The translations under genes were made by a program, and so were the position numbers. The notes below the pieces were generated by a model. It had not been told where the DNA came from. It was given only the letters and a program-made list of their open reading frames with translations, and ran no database searches. A stretch of 52,369 nt of DNA from a virus (taxonomy: Duplodnaviria; Caudoviricetes): positions 1 to 52,369 of IMG/VR virus record IMGVR_UViG_3300032330_001259; one strand, given 5' to 3'. Positions 41,595 to 49,373 of this stretch are shown piece by piece (positions within the stretch are counted from its first letter, which is position 1; the number at the start of each line of letters is the position of its first letter).

Positions 41595-42326
41595 ATGAAA
41601 AGCATTCTTAAAGATTTAGTAGCACACACACATTCACTAGGCTTTATTAATCTAGTAAAGATTACAGGCGATAAGGACAAGACAAGCGTTGAAGCACTAG
41701 CAGATAACCGCACAGTTATCGTCCAGGCTGAGACTAACAATCCAGTTGTTGATTTTAAGGGCACATTCGGTTTGCCCGATCTTAACAAGCTCGATCTACA
41801 TCTAAAGAATCCAGAGTATAAGGAAGGTGAAGAGATCAAGGTTGTCTGGGAGAATCGCAATGGCGAAGATCGTCCAGTCATGATCCACTTTGAAAATGCC
41901 GCTGGCGACTTTAGCAACGATTACAAGTTAATGGGAACAGAACTTATTAACGAGAAACTCAAGACTGTTAAGTTCAAGGGCACAAATTGGCCAGTAGAGT
42001 TTGAACCAACTGTAACAAGCATTAACAGATTCAAGTTACAGGCAGCAGCACACAACGGTGAAACTATCTTCCTAGTCAAGACAGATGGTGATAAGATTAA
42101 CTTCTTCTTTGGCGATCCATCAACACATGAAGGTAACTTTACTTTCCACGTTGGTATAACTGGCAAGTTACGCCAGGCTTGGAGCTATCCAATCGCACAG
42201 GTTATTAGCATCTTGAATCTAGATGGTGATAAGACTGTTAAGTTTAGTGATGACGGTGTAGCACTAGTTACTGTTGATAGCGGCATCGCAAAATACAATT
42301 ATTATATCCCAGCACAGACAAAATAA
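41595..42326 (+). CDS. Probable DNA polymerase sliding clamp (gp45-like)
   Basis: 243 aa alpha/beta two-domain pattern, FGL.DL.KL, C-terminal YNYYIPAQ, adjacent to polymerase; start moved to ATG 41595. Confidence 0.65.
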   Translation: MKSILKDLVAHTHSLGFINLVKITGDKDKTSVEALADNRTVIVQAETNNPVVDFKGTFGLPDLNKLDLHLKNPEYKEGEEIKVVWENRNGEDRPVMIHFENAAGDFSNDYKLMGTELINEKLKTVKFKGTNWPVEFEPTVTSINRFKLQAAAHNGETIFLVKTDGDKINFFFGDPSTHEGNFTFHVGITGKLRQAWSYPIAQVISILNLDGDKTVKFSDDGVALVTVDSGIAKYNYYIPAQTK

Positions 42327-42544
42327 TGGAAACTAAAAAACGAACAATAGTAAGGATGATAACTTATCGCATTACTGCGTGGTTATTTACTATTCTTTGG
42401 ACGTACTTGTTTACTGGGGATATAGGGTCGGCTACAGGATTTGCTACTGTTTTACATATCTTGTTAAGTGTTGATTACTATATACACGAAAGAATATGGT
42501 TAAAAATCAAATGGGGAATCAATGAACGAGAACTTAACAGCTGA
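42326..42544 (+). CDS. DUF2061-like small membrane protein
   Basis: ET..RT..R..TYRI, two hydrophobic segments, YY.HER.W..I.WG. Confidence 0.75.
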   Translation: METKKRTIVRMITYRITAWLFTILWTYLFTGDIGSATGFATVLHILLSVDYYIHERIWLKIKWGINERELNS

Positions 42545-44207
42545 ACAAAAAGATTACGCAGTATTCCTACCGGCTGTTAGTAGTTTTTATTCCACATTCA
42601 TAGGTAAGCAGCGTTTCGGCAATTATGTCGATCCGGCTCGCTTGCCCATGGGATTTACTAATGGAGTTGAAGGATTGAACTTCTTTGACCCAGAAAAGGG
42701 ATATTTCTACTACAAATGGGGATTGTATTCCGCAGGTCACGCTGATTTAGATATGACTCGTAGTAGTGAAAAGGATGATATGTTCCGTAGTCGTCCTCGC
42801 AACGGTGATAGTATTGTTCTTGGAGACTCCGGAGGCTTCCAGATTGGTAAGGGCGTGTGGGAAGGCGAATGGCGAGATCCAAATGGTCCTGAAGTACAGG
42901 CACTGATGGCTACTGCAATTGCCAAAGGCATTGAAGAAGTACAAGTATTAGATAAAAACGGGAATACTAAAAAAATTAAGATCGATCATGTTAAACTCTA
43001 TCAAGCAAGATTAGATGCTGCACAGAAAAAGCGCGATCAAGTTTTGACTTGGATGGATGGGTTAATGGATTGGGGTATGTGTTTAGATATTCCAGCGTGG
43101 GTTGCACGTAGCCCTGCAGGTATGGCAGCTACTGGTATTTCAAGTTATCAAGACGCAGTTAATGCTACAAAGTATAATAATGAATACTTTATGAAGCACC
43201 GTAATGGAAACTGTAAATTCTTAAACGTTCTACAAGGCGAAACACATACAGATGCTGAAGATTGGTATCAGCAGATGAAGGATTATTGCGATCCTAAGAT
43301 CTATCCAGAAACACATTTTAACGGGTGGTCAATGGGTGGTCAGAATATGTGTGACGTACATCTAATGCTCAAGAGGCTAGTTGCTATACGCTTTGACGGA
43401 TTGCTAGAAAAAGGCAAACAAGATTGGATGCACTTTCTAGGAACAAGTAAACTAGAATGGGCTTCATTGCTCACTGACACACAACGAGCAATCCGTAAAT
43501 ATCATCATGATACATTTACTATCAGTTTTGACTGTGCTAGTCCGTTCCTAGCTACCGCTAATGGACAGATCTATACTCAGGTAGAAATTGAACATATGAA
43601 GAAGTGGGTATATCGAATGGTACCTAGCGTCGATGACAAGAAGTATTCTTTAGATAGTCGTGCTTTTAGCGATGCTGTTTTACAGGATGGTATATTTGAT
43701 GCGTTTTCTGATTCTCCGATTAGTGCTAGATCAATGATTAGGGATGTTTGTGTTTATAAGCCAGGAGACCTAAACAAGAATGGCAAAGAAGGTCGTACTA
43801 GCTGGGATAGTTTCAGTTATGCTATCCAGATGGGGCATAATGTCTGGACACACATTAATGCCGTCCAAGAAGCAAATAGACAATATGATCAAGGTGTTAT
43901 TCCTAACATGATGGCATTTGATATGAAATCTCATTTAGAGTATTATCGTGATGTAGTAGATCGCATCTTTGAAACTGACGATCGAGAGAAGGCTTTAGCA
44001 TTAGTAGAAGATTACAATAAATTTTGGATCAGTATTATTGGTACACGCGGTGCTACTGGCAAAAAGACTATTAACAGCGCAACACATTTTAATTCAAACT
44101 TTATAACCGAAATGTCACAATCAATCGAGGATGTAATCGAAACAACCGAAGCTAGTAAAGCTAAAGTTACTGAAGAACACTTTAGTAAATTATTTGATTT
44201 TTCTTGA
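42522..44207 (+). CDS. dpdA: TGT-fold 7-deazaguanine transglycosylase (DpdA-like)
   Basis: GDSGGFQIG, MCLDIP, FLNVLQG, GWSMGG, MHFLG, ISFDCASPF, GHN; lacks the CxCxxC zinc motif of bacterial tRNA TGT; clustered with folE/queE and replication genes. Subfamily undetermined. Confidence 0.8.
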   Translation: MNENLTAEQKDYAVFLPAVSSFYSTFIGKQRFGNYVDPARLPMGFTNGVEGLNFFDPEKGYFYYKWGLYSAGHADLDMTRSSEKDDMFRSRPRNGDSIVLGDSGGFQIGKGVWEGEWRDPNGPEVQALMATAIAKGIEEVQVLDKNGNTKKIKIDHVKLYQARLDAAQKKRDQVLTWMDGLMDWGMCLDIPAWVARSPAGMAATGISSYQDAVNATKYNNEYFMKHRNGNCKFLNVLQGETHTDAEDWYQQMKDYCDPKIYPETHFNGWSMGGQNMCDVHLMLKRLVAIRFDGLLEKGKQDWMHFLGTSKLEWASLLTDTQRAIRKYHHDTFTISFDCASPFLATANGQIYTQVEIEHMKKWVYRMVPSVDDKKYSLDSRAFSDAVLQDGIFDAFSDSPISARSMIRDVCVYKPGDLNKNGKEGRTSWDSFSYAIQMGHNVWTHINAVQEANRQYDQGVIPNMMAFDMKSHLEYYRDVVDRIFETDDREKALALVEDYNKFWISIIGTRGATGKKTINSATHFNSNFITEMSQSIEDVIETTEASKAKVTEEHFSKLFDFS

Positions 44208-44216
44208 GGAGTTAAT

Positions 44217-44411
44217 ATGTCTGTTAGTAAATTAAAAATAGATTATAAAATGGTAAAACTTAGACACGACGAACTTGACAAGAAGATCGATAAAGCATAT
44301 AATGAAGTTAATGAGATGAGAGTCCAACAGTCAATTCTTAAAGAAGAAATGACTCGTCTTGAACAGGAAATTGGATTAGAGCATGGAAAGAGAATACCAA
44401 GCCGGTACTAA
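44217..44411 (+). CDS. Small coiled-coil hypothetical protein
   Basis: 64 aa, RBS GAGGAG, H.ELDK.I heptad pattern. Confidence 0.65.
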   Translation: MSVSKLKIDYKMVKLRHDELDKKIDKAYNEVNEMRVQQSILKEEMTRLEQEIGLEHGKRIPSRY

Positions 44412-44907
44412 GAATGATGTTACTATCTTTACTGGTATAGAGATTGAACATACTCCAGCATATGGTAAGAAGACTCTATTTGTCGTCGGTATACATACCG
44501 CAGATGAACTAGCAGAAATTGCTACAGTTAATAACTGTGATCACATCTATCTTGGTGCTAATCACAGTTATGCTCCGATGGATTATGATCAAATCATAAG
44601 TTGGGAATTAATGACTTTAGAACTACTTAGAAAAGATTTCTGGGTTACTCTCGATATTGATTCTAAATTTTATGAGTTTAGTGAAGATATGATGGTAAGT
44701 CTTTGTTGCTATGATAAGTTCATTCCTATGATATCTGTTAAACTTCCATACATCACTAATCTAAATTATAATGCTTGCGTCAAGATTGACGATCGAGATT
44801 TTAAGGCAACTAATCCGGGAGTGTGGGTACATCATGTACATGACTTAATGGATCGTAAAAAGTTTACCAATTGGTCACAATACGGTAAAGATGAAATCGT
44901 CAGATAA
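44383..44907 (+). CDS. Hypothetical alpha/beta protein inside the deazaguanine cluster
   Basis: 174 aa with enzyme-like motifs GIEIEHTPAYG, HIYLGANHS, KIDDRDF.ATNPGVWVH; function unknown. Confidence 0.7.
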   Translation: MEREYQAGTKNDVTIFTGIEIEHTPAYGKKTLFVVGIHTADELAEIATVNNCDHIYLGANHSYAPMDYDQIISWELMTLELLRKDFWVTLDIDSKFYEFSEDMMVSLCCYDKFIPMISVKLPYITNLNYNACVKIDDRDFKATNPGVWVHHVHDLMDRKKFTNWSQYGKDEIVR

Positions 44908-44924
44908 GGCAAAGGAAAAAGGCA

Positions 44925-45236
44925 ATGAGTTTAGATAAAGATAAAGTAATTTACATCGGGTGTAAGTGTCACTCTCCTTATCATATTATGAGCGTTAATC
45001 TCTGGGATTGGTCACCTGACGGAGCACCAGAACTTTCATTTGTGCTACAGGCAGATCATCATTTAGGATTTTGGGGGAGACTCAAGGCAGCAGCACTATA
45101 CCTTTTCAGTATTGAGAACTTAGGTTGGCACGATGTTTTACCAAATCACGAAGATATTCTCAAACTAAGTCAAGTGATTGACAATTATAACGAATCGTAT
45201 AAAATATACAAAGATAAGGAAAAGGTAAAAGCATAA
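44925..45236 (+). CDS. Hypothetical protein
   Basis: 103 aa, RBS AAGGA, CxCxxxxH motif; stop overlaps next start. Confidence 0.65.
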   Translation: MSLDKDKVIYIGCKCHSPYHIMSVNLWDWSPDGAPELSFVLQADHHLGFWGRLKAAALYLFSIENLGWHDVLPNHEDILKLSQVIDNYNESYKIYKDKEKVKA

Positions 45237-45622
45237 TGTCAACTAGTTCTATGATATGGGTGACTTTCCAGCAAGAAGGTGTCCATCGTTATCCAGCAGC
45301 AGCAACAGATCCTAAACTAGCAACAGGTAGTTGGGATGATGTTAGTTTCTTAGGTTCTGAACATCGTCACATCTTCCACTTTAAGGTTTATCTTGAAGTA
45401 TTCCATGATGATCGCGATGTTGAGTTTATCCAGTTTAAGCGTTGGTTACAGCGCCTTTATATGTTCGCAAAGCTTAATCTTGATCATAAGAGTTGCGAAA
45501 TGATCGCAGATGATCTTTATAATGAAATCATCGCTAACTATCCAGATAGAGAAGTTTGGATCGAAGTTAGTGAAGATGGTGAGAATGGTTGTATTAATAA
45601 ATATGCTAAGGAGGCAAAGTAA
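45236..45622 (+). CDS. T-fold (QueD/PTPS-like) protein, candidate DpdL-type CDG decarboxylase
   Basis: EGVH, FLGSEHRHIFHF (LxxxHRHxF rather than QueD CxxxHGH), DVEFI, SCEMIA, V.V.EDGENG. Confidence 0.7.
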   Translation: MSTSSMIWVTFQQEGVHRYPAAATDPKLATGSWDDVSFLGSEHRHIFHFKVYLEVFHDDRDVEFIQFKRWLQRLYMFAKLNLDHKSCEMIADDLYNEIIANYPDREVWIEVSEDGENGCINKYAKEAK

Positions 45623-45852
45623 TGGTTAGTAGGTATCCAGAGATTAATAAGATTTTCGACGACCTTGATGTATATCGTGCGTTCTGTGTAGAGTTTGGTT
45701 ATGTGTTTAACGAAGCACATCTTTATGTTCCAAAGACACAGTCTGGTTATTTGACTCCTTTTAGCCAGTTTGAACGCTACCGTAAGGGCCAGCGTATCGC
45801 TAATAACTGGAAGGAAGATAGGAGAGCGTTCCTTGCCAGCCAACGCCACTAA
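45622..45852 (+). CDS. Hypothetical protein
   Basis: 76 aa, RBS AAGGAGG, translationally coupled (TAATG). Confidence 0.7.
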   Translation: MVSRYPEINKIFDDLDVYRAFCVEFGYVFNEAHLYVPKTQSGYLTPFSQFERYRKGQRIANNWKEDRRAFLASQRH

Positions 45853-46045
45853 TTGGACTGTTGCTTTAGAGCAGGATCCAGAGACGGGAGAGTTAATCCT
45901 CCCGTTTCCGGTTGACCTCCTTAGCCAGATGGGCTGGTCTGAGGGAACTGAAATATTTTGGGATGTAAGAGATGACAAATCCGTTTTCCTCACAGAAAAA
46001 AAATCTACGGGATCCTCTGAGGAAGAGAAGCCTGAAGGAACTTGA
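45833..46045 (+). CDS. AbrB/MazE-like swapped-hairpin DNA-binding protein
   Basis: GELILPFP.DLL..MGW.EG..I.W pattern; likely TTG start at 45833 after AGGAGA. Confidence 0.65.
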   Translation: MPANATNWTVALEQDPETGELILPFPVDLLSQMGWSEGTEIFWDVRDDKSVFLTEKKSTGSSEEEKPEGT

Positions 46046-46169
46046 TACCGTATTGGATGAGGTCGCAGATCGAAATCCTGAGTTTATGAAAATTCTCGAA
46101 GATTATATTAAAGAACAATTAGCAAAGGATAATAAGAATGCTCAAAACCCTTTATCTCGTAGACATTGA
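45972..46169 (+). CDS. Hypothetical protein
   Basis: 65-aa ORF overlapping both neighbours; true start uncertain. Confidence 0.4.
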   Translation: MTNPFSSQKKNLRDPLRKRSLKELDTVLDEVADRNPEFMKILEDYIKEQLAKDNKNAQNPLSRRH

Positions 46170-47217
46170 AGCAGTAGAAACACGCTATACAAAACAGTGG
46201 CAAAAGTTTCTTCCGGAACAGTTATCTAGACATGGGTTTGATGTTAGGGTAATCAGTAGCGTAATTCCGCAAGTTGCTACGCCAGGTGCCTTTCTAAATT
46301 TTGCCGGAACTAATAGTTATAAAAGCGAACAACTACTAAAGATTTCTGCGCTCTTTACTGCTGGCGATATTAAGGCAGGAGATTATTTCCTCTATACAGA
46401 TGCGTGGAACCCAACAGTCATCCAATTGAAGTATATGAGCGAATTGCTTAACATTCCAATTAAAATCGGCGGCTTATGGCATGCTGGATCATACGATCCT
46501 AATGATTTCTTAGGTAGACTGATTGGTGATAAACCTTGGGTGCGTTCAGCTGAACATAGTATGTTTAGTTGTTATGATCATAACTTCTTTGCTACTAAAG
46601 CCCATGTAGAAATATTTGCTAACTGTTTTGGTGACTGGACTGCTGATGAGCTTATTGAAGCTAACGAAACTGTTAAAGTTGTTGGTTGGCCAATGGAATA
46701 TCTACATAAAGCTCTACAGCCATATCAACCTATTGAAAAGAAAAGTAAAATTATATTTCCACATCGACTTGCTCCAGAAAAACAGTTAGAGATCTTCAAG
46801 GACCTTGCTAAAGAGATGCCAGAATACGAATGGTTTGTAGCGCAGGAACACGATCTTTCTAAAGACGATTATCATCGCCATTTAGCCGAAAGCATGATAG
46901 TATTCAGTGCTAACTTACAAGAGACTCTTGGGATTTCAATGTATGAAGGTGCCTCACTTGGAGCATTTCCGTTAGTTCCAGATCGTTTAAGCTATACAGA
47001 AATGTGGGATACATTCTTTAAGTATCCTAGCGAATGGACTGAGAACTGGACTAGCTATCAGGAAAATAAACCTAAGTTAATCAATAAGATCCGTAATGTA
47101 ATGGGAAGCAACAATCGAGATCTTCCTAATACAGTAAGGAATGTAATCGTTAACTCGACTGATAAATTCTTTAGCGGAAAGAAACTTTATAATACAATTC
47201 TTGACTCTCAGACCTAA
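46138..47217 (+). CDS. GT-B (GT4-like) glycosyltransferase, resembling GTDC1/QTMAN family
   Basis: YTDAWNP, LWHAGSYD, IIFPHRLAPEKQ, IVFSANLQETLGISMYEG...PLVPDRLSYTEMW. Confidence 0.8.
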   Translation: MLKTLYLVDIEAVETRYTKQWQKFLPEQLSRHGFDVRVISSVIPQVATPGAFLNFAGTNSYKSEQLLKISALFTAGDIKAGDYFLYTDAWNPTVIQLKYMSELLNIPIKIGGLWHAGSYDPNDFLGRLIGDKPWVRSAEHSMFSCYDHNFFATKAHVEIFANCFGDWTADELIEANETVKVVGWPMEYLHKALQPYQPIEKKSKIIFPHRLAPEKQLEIFKDLAKEMPEYEWFVAQEHDLSKDDYHRHLAESMIVFSANLQETLGISMYEGASLGAFPLVPDRLSYTEMWDTFFKYPSEWTENWTSYQENKPKLINKIRNVMGSNNRDLPNTVRNVIVNSTDKFFSGKKLYNTILDSQT

Positions 47218-47229
47218 ATAAACTATAAT
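47201..47229 (+). promoter_or_regulatory. Sigma70-type promoter with CTAAATA in its spacer
   Basis: TTGACT-17 bp-TATAAT upstream of folE. Confidence 0.75.
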
Positions 47230-47269
47230 TAAACATTAGCCATCCTCGGCGTTAACTCGGAGAATTAAA

Positions 47270-47956
47270 TTGAGCATTTCAGAAACTATTCGTAATCGTA
47301 TCCAATCTGCTGGCGGTCGTTATTGGGCTGGCGATAATATCTCAGAATACATCCTACCAGAAGAATATGATCCACTCATCGACGAACTTCATGCTCGATT
47401 TGATGCTGTGCTAGATTCACTCGTTATTGATCGTGAGAATGATCCTAATAGCAAGGGCACAGGTCGACGTATGGCCAAGATGTATGTCAATGAGATCATG
47501 AGTGGACGTTATAATCCACCACCAGATGCTACTGCCTTTCCTAATGATGGTGATGAATGATATGAGGGTATGCTCGTAGTTCGCAGTGAACTTAAGAGTA
47601 TGTGTTCACATCATCATCAGACTGTTACTGGAGTCGCATATATTGGTATCATCGCCGCCAAGAAATTGATTGGCCTTAGCAAGTATACACGCATCGCACA
47701 GTGGTGTGCCCGTAGAGGAACTCTACAGGAAGAACTATGTAATGATATCGCCCGTGAGATACAGAAGGCAACTGCTAGTGGTGATGTGGCAGTGTATGTA
47801 CAGGCTACGCATGGTTGCTGTGAGAATCGTGGCATCATGGCACATAGTTCACTAACACAGACCACAGTATTGCGTGGTGCTTTTTATAATGATCCTGCTA
47901 CTAAGAATGAATTCTTCGAGAACATAAAACTACAGCAAGGATACTCAGCAAGATGA
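47270..47956 (+). pseudogene. folE: GTP cyclohydrolase I interrupted by one in-frame TGA (47558-47560)
   Basis: ORFs 47270-47560 and 47570-47956 are in the same frame: DPNS.GT.RRMAKMY..E...FPNDGDE*YEGMLVVRSELKSMCSHH...IGLSKY.RI...LQEEL...HGCCENRG. May be a real nonsense allele, a sequence error or read-through. Confidence 0.85.
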
Positions 47957-48348
47957 GTAATACATTTGTCACAATGGTAGGTGGTGGAGGTGGTGGTTCT
48001 AGTGGAGTCACTACTATCACTACTAACAACACCGGAACGGCATTTAATCAATCTGCTGTTGTAGGAGGTAGTGGAACTTATCTTAGTTCTGGAACTACTA
48101 GTAGTCCGATGTGGACTACTACTACTACGCAGAATGCCAATGTCAGGATCACTGGTAATAATCCCACTATTACTACAGATAAGAATTCAATCAATCTAGA
48201 TGAAGTTGCTGATCTTGTTAAAATATTAAAGGAACGGCTCCTCGTTATCATTCCTGATTTCGAGAAGCATGAAAAATACGCTGCTCTCAAGAAAGCATAT
48301 GACCATTATAAACTAATAGAAGCGATGGTCCAGGAGGAAAAGAAATGA
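47953..48348 (+). CDS. Hypothetical protein, Thr/Gly-rich N-terminus
   Basis: ATGA overlap with folE; C-terminal EKY.ALKKAYDHYK helix. Confidence 0.7.
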   Translation: MSNTFVTMVGGGGGGSSGVTTITTNNTGTAFNQSAVVGGSGTYLSSGTTSSPMWTTTTTQNANVRITGNNPTITTDKNSINLDEVADLVKILKERLLVIIPDFEKHEKYAALKKAYDHYKLIEAMVQEEKK

Positions 48349-48803
48349 CAGACGATGATCCAACTGAAATAGAAAAATTATTAGAACAGATTAGAGAGAA
48401 ACTTAAACTTCCAACTCAGACAAATCTCGACGATACTACGACCTGGACTACCGGTGATAGTATGAACTATAAAGATAGTATGATCGATACGTCACAGTGG
48501 TCAATCAATCCAACTATATATAATTATATTCCAACACCAACTATTACTCCACTTACTACTAGTCATATTACCAACATGGGCATAGGTACGACCGGATCAT
48601 CAGCAGGCTGGGCAACAACAAATAACTTTACATTTGATCTTGAAAAATCACGTAATAAAGAATTTGAAACACATATGCCTGGGCTCCATAAGATGGACGA
48701 GATGCGGGAGATGTTTCCGGCTTTTAAGAAAGCATACGATCATATGAGAACAATTTACGATCTAGTCCACGACGAATACCTAGAAAGGAAGAAAGAAAAA
48801 TGA
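48345..48803 (+). CDS. Hypothetical protein, Thr-rich
   Basis: ATGA overlap; C-terminal EMFPAFKKAYDHMR helix similar to the preceding gene. Confidence 0.7.
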   Translation: MTDDDPTEIEKLLEQIREKLKLPTQTNLDDTTTWTTGDSMNYKDSMIDTSQWSINPTIYNYIPTPTITPLTTSHITNMGIGTTGSSAGWATTNNFTFDLEKSRNKEFETHMPGLHKMDEMREMFPAFKKAYDHMRTIYDLVHDEYLERKKEK

Positions 48804-49330
48804 TTAAGAAGATCTATTACACTTGGCACGATATTGAAAAGGCAGTTAATGATATTGTCAGCCAACTATACAAGGACGGATGGAAGCCAGACTATGTCGT
48901 TGGTATTTCTAGAGGTGGATTAACTCCAGCAGTCCTATTCAGTCATCTGCTTGATATCCCAATGTATACTCTAAAAGTTTCTCTAAGAGATGGCGTTGAA
49001 GAAGATTGTGATCATAACTGCTGGATGGCAGAAGATGCTTTTGGTTATGATATGGACCTACAGAATAAACCTGCTAACATCCTAATCGTCGACGATATCA
49101 ATGACGGTGGATCAACTATCGCTTGGATTAAGAGAGATTGGCCGGCTAGTTGCTTACCCAATAGCGAACATTGGAACGATGTTTGGGGTAAGAATGTTCG
49201 ATTTGCTACTGTAGTAAACAATCTTGCTAGTAAGGAAACAGTTAGTTATAGTTCAATTGAAATTAACAAGGCAGAAGACAATTGCTGGATCGTGTTTCCA
49301 TGGGAAGATTGGAATAAACCTAGGCCTTGA
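48800..49330 (+). CDS. Type I purine phosphoribosyltransferase (Gpt-like)
   Basis: YYTW, VVGISRGGL, PRPP motif ILIVDDINDGGST, C-terminal WIVFPWE. Confidence 0.9.
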   Translation: MIKKIYYTWHDIEKAVNDIVSQLYKDGWKPDYVVGISRGGLTPAVLFSHLLDIPMYTLKVSLRDGVEEDCDHNCWMAEDAFGYDMDLQNKPANILIVDDINDGGSTIAWIKRDWPASCLPNSEHWNDVWGKNVRFATVVNNLASKETVSYSSIEINKAEDNCWIVFPWEDWNKPRP

Positions 49331-49355
49331 CATTTGTTAGGAACAGTGTTATATT
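49327..49355 (+). promoter_or_regulatory. Sigma70-type promoter with extended -10
   Basis: TTGACA-17 bp-TATATT with TGn; upstream of queE. Confidence 0.75.
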
Positions 49356-49373
49356 AAACATAAGGTAGGTAAT

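Noticed and set aside
42522-44207. Ordinary bacterial tRNA-guanine transglycosylase (tgt)
   Set aside because: Much longer and divergent, lacks the CxCxxC zinc site, and sits among phage replication genes; DpdA-like is more plausible, though a tRNA target is not excluded.
45622-46169. Toxin-antitoxin module around the AbrB/MazE-like gene
   Set aside because: No recognisable toxin motif (PIN, MazF, RelE) in neighbouring ORFs.
47270-47956. Alternative genetic code or selenocysteine at the folE TGA
   Set aside because: TGA terminates several other genes at expected ends, long genes contain no internal stops, and the position is not one of the Cys ligands.
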